DNA from: an uncultured Chloroflexia bacterium
GTDB lineage: Bacteria; Chloroflexota; Limnocylindria; Limnocylindrales; CSP1-4
Reading direction: 5' to 3'
Length of the DNA stretch: 64,000 nucleotides
Assembly: GCA_963746845.1 (NCBI GenBank)
Contig: CAVVCZ010000007.1
Span: 32,001-96,000 of the forward strand
Position numbers and translations under genes: made by a program. Positions 58,364 through 64,000 of this stretch are shown in pieces (positions within the stretch are counted from its first letter, which is position 1; every line of letters begins with the position of its first letter). The notes under the pieces were generated by a model. It had not been told where the DNA came from. It saw nothing but the letters and a program-made list of their open reading frames with translations, and searched no databases.

Positions 58364-59359
58364 TCAGTCGATCGGCTTGCGGAAGGTCGCGCTCCGGCCG
58401 ACGACACGGAACCCGCAGCCCTCGTAGACCCGGAACGCGCCCGACTCGTTCTCCGAGTCCACGTTGAGCGCGGCCTCGGTCATCCCGCGGGCCCGGAGCA
58501 GGGGGAAGCTCGCGGCGATCAGCGCACGCGCCAGGCCGCGTCGGCGCCACGGCGCGCGGACGCTGATGTTCTCGACGTAGCCGCGCTTGCGGCGAAACTG
58601 CTCGTTCTGCTCGTCGTGGATGAACGAGCGGACCTGGCCCGCGACCTCGTCACCGTCCCAGGCGATCCGCCACAGGGTGGTGTCGCTCGTGACCGGATCC
58701 GTCCGGAACCGCTCGAAGTCCGCCTCGTCGCCGGGCTCGTTGCCCCACGTCCCCGCGAACGCCTCCTGTCCCGCGTCCCAGATCGCGCGGAGGTGCTCCG
58801 GCTGGACCTCGCGGATCTCGAGACCGTCGGGCAGCGGCGCGTCGGGCAGGTCGTCGACCGACGGCCGGACCATCGCGAACCAGTACCGGATCGGGGTGTA
58901 GCCGCGCTCGAGCAGGATCGCGCTCCGCTCGGGCGCCTCGTCGCCGCCGAACGTATCGAGCACGTTCCGCCCGGGCTCCCGCTCGGCCGCGATCTCCCGC
59001 GCCCGCGACTCGAGTGTCTCGATCAGCCCCCGGAGGACGGCACCACCCGCCTCGTCGGCGGACGCGAACGGGTTGAGCTCGTACCGCCCCAGCCCGTCCG
59101 GATCGCGACGGAACCCGACCCGGCCGTACGCGACAAGCCTGCCGTCCCGCTCGGCGACGTACACGTCGCGCGCAGGGTCGGAGTCCGGCAGGTGGTCGTA
59201 GAACGCCGCGAACTGCTCGTCGGTGGTCGTGAAGTTGTGGCCCTCGGCCCGCCGGATCGCGTTCGCGATCGCGTTCATCGCCGGGTAGTCCTCCGGGGCC
59301 CGAAGCCGACGAAGCACGACACCGACCGCAGGGTCGTTCGTGGCCGACGGGCTCGTCAC
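58364..59359 (-). CDS. Tandem GNAT acetyltransferase
   Basis: VRAPWRRRGLARAL, LNVDSENESGAFRVYEGCGF. Confidence 0.88.
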   Translation of the reverse strand: MTSPSATNDPAVGVVLRRLRAPEDYPAMNAIANAIRRAEGHNFTTTDEQFAAFYDHLPDSDPARDVYVAERDGRLVAYGRVGFRRDPDGLGRYELNPFASADEAGGAVLRGLIETLESRAREIAAEREPGRNVLDTFGGDEAPERSAILLERGYTPIRYWFAMVRPSVDDLPDAPLPDGLEIREVQPEHLRAIWDAGQEAFAGTWGNEPGDEADFERFRTDPVTSDTTLWRIAWDGDEVAGQVRSFIHDEQNEQFRRKRGYVENISVRAPWRRRGLARALIAASFPLLRARGMTEAALNVDSENESGAFRVYEGCGFRVVGRSATFRKPID

Positions 59360-59360
59360 G

Positions 59361-60341
59361 TCAGTCGATCGTGAAGTGGTCCGGGCCCTGGTAGCGGCCG
59401 GTCCGCTCCTTCTCGATCTGCATGAGGACGTCGTTGAGCAGCGATGACGCCCCGAACCGGAACCAGTCCGGGCTCATCCAGCGCGGCCCGAGGGTCTCGT
59501 ACAGGACGACGAGGTACTGGATCGCCTCCTTGGCGACACGGATCCCGCCCGCGGGCTTCATCCCGACCTGGCGGCCCGTCTGGCGCTCGAAGTCCCGGAT
59601 CGCCTCGAGCATCACCAGCGTCACGGGGAGCGTCGCGGCGGGTACGACCTTGCCGGTCGAGGTCTTGATGAAGTCGGCGCCGGCGGCCATCGCCAGCACG
59701 GAGGCCCGGCGGACGTTGTCATAGGTCTCGAGCTCGCCCGTCTCGAGGATCACCTTCAGGTGGGCCTCGCCGCAGGCGTCCTTGACGTCGACGATCTCCT
59801 CGAACACGGTCAGGTAGTCGCCCCGGAGGAACGCCCCGCGGTCGATGACCATGTCGATCTCGTCGGCGCCCGCCTCGGAGGCCGCCCGGGTCTCGGCGAT
59901 CTTGATGTCGCGGAAGGTCTGGCCGGACGGAAAGCCCGTCGCGACCGAGGCGACCTTGACGGTCGAGCCCTTCAGGGCGTCCTTCGCGTCCTCGATCATC
60001 GTCGGGTAGACGCAGATCGCCGCGACCGAGGGGATCGTCGGGTCACCCGGCTGGGGGTGGATGCCCTTTGCGCAGAGCGCGCGAACCTTGCCCGGGGTGT
60101 CCTTCCCCTCGAGGGTCGTCAGGTCGATCATCCGGATCGCGAGGTCCAGCGCCCACAGCTTCGAGGCCTTCTTGATCGAGCGCTTCTTTAGGCTGTCGAC
60201 CCGCTCCTCGACGCCGACCTGGTCGACGCTGCTGACCCGTCCGAGGAGGCTGCCGAGCGCGCCCGGCCGGCCGTCCCACGAGCGGACGAGCTCATGGGCG
60301 CGTTCGCGGGCGAGCGTGTCCGGGCGATGGACCGTGGCCAT
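59361..60341 (-). CDS. deoC: Deoxyribose-phosphate aldolase
   Basis: IDLTTLEG.DT, AAICVYP, VATGFPSGQ, EIDMVI, KVILETGEL, FIKTSTGK, KPAGG, RFGASSL. Confidence 0.96.
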   Translation of the reverse strand: MATVHRPDTLARERAHELVRSWDGRPGALGSLLGRVSSVDQVGVEERVDSLKKRSIKKASKLWALDLAIRMIDLTTLEGKDTPGKVRALCAKGIHPQPGDPTIPSVAAICVYPTMIEDAKDALKGSTVKVASVATGFPSGQTFRDIKIAETRAASEAGADEIDMVIDRGAFLRGDYLTVFEEIVDVKDACGEAHLKVILETGELETYDNVRRASVLAMAAGADFIKTSTGKVVPAATLPVTLVMLEAIRDFERQTGRQVGMKPAGGIRVAKEAIQYLVVLYETLGPRWMSPDWFRFGASSLLNDVLMQIEKERTGRYQGPDHFTID

Positions 60342-60394
60342 GGGACGGTGAGGATACACCGGCCCCGACGAGCCTCAGGGACGGGCCCGCGCCC

Positions 60395-62569
60395 TCAGCG
60401 GCCGGCCCGGATCTTCGGCAGCGGCGGCAGGGCGCGCTTGCCCTCGACCAGGAAGTGCCGGAACCAGTCCCGGACGACCTTCAGGTTCTCGGCCCGACGG
60501 AACGGCGTGCCGGAGCGCGTCAGCTCGTGGGTCTCCTCGGGAACCCGGAGCAGGCGGACCGGCCGCTTGTGTGAGCGGAGGACCGTGAACAGCTCCTCGG
60601 CCTGGCCGATGGTCGTCCGGATGTCGTTCTCGCTGTGCTGGATGAGAAGCGGCGTCGTGATCCCGTCGGCATGCGTGATCGGCGAGATCTCGCGGAAGTA
60701 CGCCGCGTCGTCCCATGGCACGGCCTTGAACTCGTAGCGCGGCCAGAACCCGCTGCTGATGTCGCCGGTCAGGAACAGGAGCGACATGTCGCTCACCGAT
60801 CGGCAGGTCATCGCCGCGGCGAACCGGCCGTCCTGACCGAGGATCCAGTTCGTCAGGTAGCCGCCGTACGAGCCGCCGGTCAATCCGAGCCGGGCCGGGT
60901 CGGCCAGACCGTCGGCGACCAGCGAATCGATCCCGGCGAGGACGTCTCGCATTGGTCCGGGGCCCCAGTCGCGGATGTTCGCCTCGTTGAACGCGCGACC
61001 GTAGCCCTCGGAGCCGCGTGGGTTGCAGAAGAAGACCCCGATCCCGGTCGCGGCGAGCAGCTGGAACTCGAGCATCGGCGACCAGCCGTACAGGGTGTGC
61101 GGCCCGCCGTGGATCTCGGTGACGAGCGGCGCGGGTGCGGGGCGACGCCGACCGGTCCCCTTCGAGCCGTCGGTCGTCGCCGGGGCCGGCGCGAGGTACC
61201 ACCCCTGGATCCGCCGGCCGTCGACGGTGACCCAACGCTCGACGGGCTCGCGCAGCTCGACCTCCGCGTGGAACTCGTGGTTCAGGTCCGTGACCCGGCG
61301 CGGCTCGCCCCGGGCGCCGTCGCGGACCCACACGTCGCTCAGCTCCGTCGGCGACGACTGGAGCCAGGCCGTTCGAGTGCTCCCGGACCCGGTCGACTGA
61401 TCGAACGCGCTGATCCCGTGGTGGCCGGTCGTCAGCCGCTCGACGCGGCCGTCCGCGGCCGACACGCGATACAGCTCCTGGCTCCCCTCGGCGGGTGCGA
61501 GGAACGTGATCCAGGCCCCGTCGGCGGAGGCGACCAGCCGCGCCGGCTCACCGGGGACGATGTCGCTGTTGAGGGTCGACGCCGGCATCAGGTCGTGGGC
61601 GCCGGTCAGGTTGCGCCCGCCGCGTGGCACGGCGGCATCCGACCCGTCGGCGGCGATCAGCCAGACATCACTGCGGTAGAAGTTCCCGGGCAGGTACCCG
61701 CCGAGCGCCGCGACCGCCGAGCCGTCGGGCAGCCAGGTCGGGTTGAACAGGATCGCGGGGTCGCCGGTCAGCCGGGTGCGCCGGCCGTCCGCGATGTCCA
61801 GGGCCACGAGATGCGAGCGGGTCTCGAGATCGTGGTCGCGGCGGAGGTTCGTTGCGTAGACGATGCGGCGGCTGTCGGGCGACCAGGCCGCGCCCCCGAC
61901 GCCCGCGTGCTCGGACGTGAGACGGCGCGCCTCGCCCGTTCGCGCGTCCACAAGCCACAGCTGGGCGATCGTGTGGTAGACGAAGCCCGCCCCGTTGAAC
62001 AAGTAGCCGAGTCGGTCGACGAAGTGGTAGTCGGACTCGGGCTCGTCACCCGGCTTCGGCGTCGGGGTCGTGCCGCGCAACCGGCGGTCCTCGACGCGCG
62101 TCGAGCCGCGGGACGAGCTCGACGCCAGGAGCCAGCGACCGTCCGGCGACCACTCGAAGCTGTCGACGCCGCGCGGCAGGTCCGTGAGCCGGCGCGCCTC
62201 GCCGCCGTCGAGCGACAGCAGGTGCACCTGCTGGGCATCCTCGCGCGTCTTCGGGTCGCCGGCCGTCGGCTCCTCCTCGACCTGGAGCCGTCGATCCGAC
62301 AGGAACGCGAGCGTCCTCCCGTCGGGCGAGAAGCGGGGCGACCGATCGTGCCGGGATCCGATCGTCAGACGACGCGGCTCGCTCGCCCCGTCCGCCTCGA
62401 CGGCCCACAGCGCGTGGCGGTAGCCGTCCATCGTCGGGGCGACGGTCTGGACCGTGAAGACCGCCAGCCGGCCGTCCGGCGAGAGACGCGGCTCGGTCGC
62501 GATCCGGAAGCGGTACAGGTCCTCCGGCCGGAACGAACGCCGTACGGGCTTCGAGGTTCGGGTGGACAC
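60395..62569 (-). CDS. S9 family peptidase (acylaminoacyl/dipeptidyl aminopeptidase)
   Basis: SPDG propeller repeats, IHGGP, NPRGS, GGSYGG, HSEND, EETH. Confidence 0.94.
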   Translation of the reverse strand: MSTRTSKPVRRSFRPEDLYRFRIATEPRLSPDGRLAVFTVQTVAPTMDGYRHALWAVEADGASEPRRLTIGSRHDRSPRFSPDGRTLAFLSDRRLQVEEEPTAGDPKTREDAQQVHLLSLDGGEARRLTDLPRGVDSFEWSPDGRWLLASSSSRGSTRVEDRRLRGTTPTPKPGDEPESDYHFVDRLGYLFNGAGFVYHTIAQLWLVDARTGEARRLTSEHAGVGGAAWSPDSRRIVYATNLRRDHDLETRSHLVALDIADGRRTRLTGDPAILFNPTWLPDGSAVAALGGYLPGNFYRSDVWLIAADGSDAAVPRGGRNLTGAHDLMPASTLNSDIVPGEPARLVASADGAWITFLAPAEGSQELYRVSAADGRVERLTTGHHGISAFDQSTGSGSTRTAWLQSSPTELSDVWVRDGARGEPRRVTDLNHEFHAEVELREPVERWVTVDGRRIQGWYLAPAPATTDGSKGTGRRRPAPAPLVTEIHGGPHTLYGWSPMLEFQLLAATGIGVFFCNPRGSEGYGRAFNEANIRDWGPGPMRDVLAGIDSLVADGLADPARLGLTGGSYGGYLTNWILGQDGRFAAAMTCRSVSDMSLLFLTGDISSGFWPRYEFKAVPWDDAAYFREISPITHADGITTPLLIQHSENDIRTTIGQAEELFTVLRSHKRPVRLLRVPEETHELTRSGTPFRRAENLKVVRDWFRHFLVEGKRALPPLPKIRAGR

Positions 62570-62604
62570 GACGGCGACGAGTCTAGCGCTACCATCCCTC
62601 GACG

Positions 62605-63375
62605 ATGCGCGACCAGCTGTCGCTGCCGCTGGAGCCCGACGTCCAGCCGCTGCCGAACCTTCCCGACGGGCTGCGGCCGATGCTCCCCCGGATGATCGCC
62701 GAGCCCTTCGACTCCGCGGTCCACCTGTTCGAGCCGGCCTGGGGCGGGACCCGGGCGCTGGCGTTCATCGGGCCGGCCGAGGACCCGGGCGCCGGCGAGG
62801 TCCGGATCCTCGACGGCGAGGGTCGCGACCTGGGCCCCGCCCTGCCGGAGCTCGCGGGGATGGCGGTGCGCGTCGACGCGCGGTCCGCGGTGCTCGACGG
62901 GGAGCTCGTTGCGGTCGACGAGGCGGGCCGCGCGGACCCGGCCGAGCTGGCACGCCGGATCGGCGGAGGCGCCGGCCGGCCGGTGGCGTTCCTGGCATTC
63001 GACCTCCTCCACATCGATGGGCGGTCGCTGCTCTCGACGCCGCTCCACAAGCGACGCAACCTCCTGCGCCGGATCCTGCACCCGGGCGACGAGGTCCTCG
63101 CGGTGCCCGCGATCGCCACCGAGGGCCGGGCCCTCCACGCCGCGGCCGCGGCGCAGGGGATCGCCGGGGTGATGGCGCGCCAACGGACGAGCCCGTACCT
63201 CCCGGGCACGATCTCGCGGCTGTGGCGGTTCATCGCAACGGAGCCCAACCCGACCCCGGCGGCCGCGGCGAACCCGGATCTGGGCCTGGGGCTGGAGCTG
63301 ACCGAGCCGAGCGCGACGGCCGCGGCCCCGGTGGTCGCCTTGATCCGGAGACTCCCCCTGCTCTTCGACGAGTAG
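62605..63375 (+). CDS. ATP-dependent DNA ligase adenylation-domain homolog lacking catalytic residues and OB domain
   Basis: LRPML, FEPAWGGTRA (cf. EPKWDG.R), LDGEL, AFDLL..DG, PL..RR..L, AGVMAR...SPYLPG...W; N-terminal QLSLPL. Confidence 0.85.
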   Translation: MRDQLSLPLEPDVQPLPNLPDGLRPMLPRMIAEPFDSAVHLFEPAWGGTRALAFIGPAEDPGAGEVRILDGEGRDLGPALPELAGMAVRVDARSAVLDGELVAVDEAGRADPAELARRIGGGAGRPVAFLAFDLLHIDGRSLLSTPLHKRRNLLRRILHPGDEVLAVPAIATEGRALHAAAAAQGIAGVMARQRTSPYLPGTISRLWRFIATEPNPTPAAAANPDLGLGLELTEPSATAAAPVVALIRRLPLLFDE

Positions 63376-63451
63376 CCCGTTTCGCACTCGACTGCGTTCG
63401 TCGCGCATGGGCGTCGCTGGCAAGGCGGCGGGGAGGACAGAGCGAGCGCCT

Positions 63452-64000
63452 TCAGGGTGCGTGAGCGAGGACCGCAGCCGCCAACGCAGTCCAGCGGCGT
63501 TCAGGCGCGACAGCGCTATCCCCGGCGGGCGCCGTCACGTAGGCGCGGATCCCGGGGCGCTGGCCGTAGAGGAGCACGCCGGCGCCGTAGATCCGGACCG
63601 CGATGACCGCGGTCACGAGGATCGTCAGGACGAGGATCGAGATCGAGACGACGAGCTCCATCGGATCGACCCGCCCGACGGCCAGCCGGGTGAGCATCAC
63701 GAACGGGCTCCAGAACGGGATGTACGAGGCGAGGCGGATGAACCAGGTGATCCCGCCGGTCAGGGCGAGGATCGCCTGGAGGTAGCCGAGGATCGCGATC
63801 AGGCTGAGCGGCAGGGCGATGATCTGGAGGTCCTCGGGCCGGCTCACGAGGGACCCGGCCGCCGCGTAGATCAGCGAGTACAGCGCGAAGCCCAGGACGT
63901 AGTAGACGGCAAACGCGGCGAGGAGTGTCGGCGTCAGGGCCGCGAGCGACGGCGCGATGCCGGCCGACGGACCGAGGACGGCGTTCGCGATCCGATCCTC
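63452..64000 (-). CDS. ABC-2 permease (NatB-like), 5' end outside the window
   Basis: GFALYSLIYAAAGSLVSRPEDLQ, IPFWSPFVMLTR, RIYGAGVLLYGQ. Confidence 0.88.
   Translation of the reverse strand, partial: EDRIANAVLGPSAGIAPSLAALTPTLLAAFAVYYVLGFALYSLIYAAAGSLVSRPEDLQIIALPLSLIAILGYLQAILALTGGITWFIRLASYIPFWSPFVMLTRLAVGRVDPMELVVSISILVLTILVTAVIAVRIYGAGVLLYGQRPGIRAYVTAPAGDSAVAPERRWTALAAAVLAHAP

Noticed and set aside
62605-63375. Functional ligD/ligC
   Set aside because: No active-site lysine, no OB domain, no Ku or primase-polymerase gene nearby
1-64000. Most long overlapping or antisense ORFs in the track
   Set aside because: Arg/Pro/Gly-rich shadow ORFs expected at this GC content, without family motifs

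Overview
Very GC-rich chromosomal window from a bacterium that makes heavy use of leaderless genes. The gene content suggests a Chloroflexota/Actinomycetota-like soil or freshwater organism; this is inference only. No rRNA, tRNA, CRISPR-cas or transposase/integrase gene was recognised. Main content: LLM F420 oxidoreductase; two ABC exporters; trxB; an OafA-like acyltransferase; argCJBRG with tandem ARG boxes and a detached argH; a class III nucleotide cyclase; a ~14.6 kb non-phosphorylative L-fucose locus built from two mirror-image homologous modules sharing a 16-bp operator; add; a LAL regulator with a DUF4242 protein; GH36-galK-galT; an ALDH pair with a distant deoC; efeUOB; a methyltransferase/FAD oxidoreductase/NUDIX/aromatase/single-ketosynthase cluster; MFS, GNAT and S9 peptidase. 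Best leads: (1) an apparently catalytically dead ATP-dependent ligase domain with an N-terminal QLSLPL clamp-binding motif; (2) two intergenic four-unit palindromic elements with the same geometry but covarying stems; (3) the ACP-less, CLF-less KS+cyclase cluster; (4) a duplicated extended SDR that may fill the missing step of the fucose pathway. Several genes carry single-base frameshifts, mostly in homopolymers, probably assembly errors.
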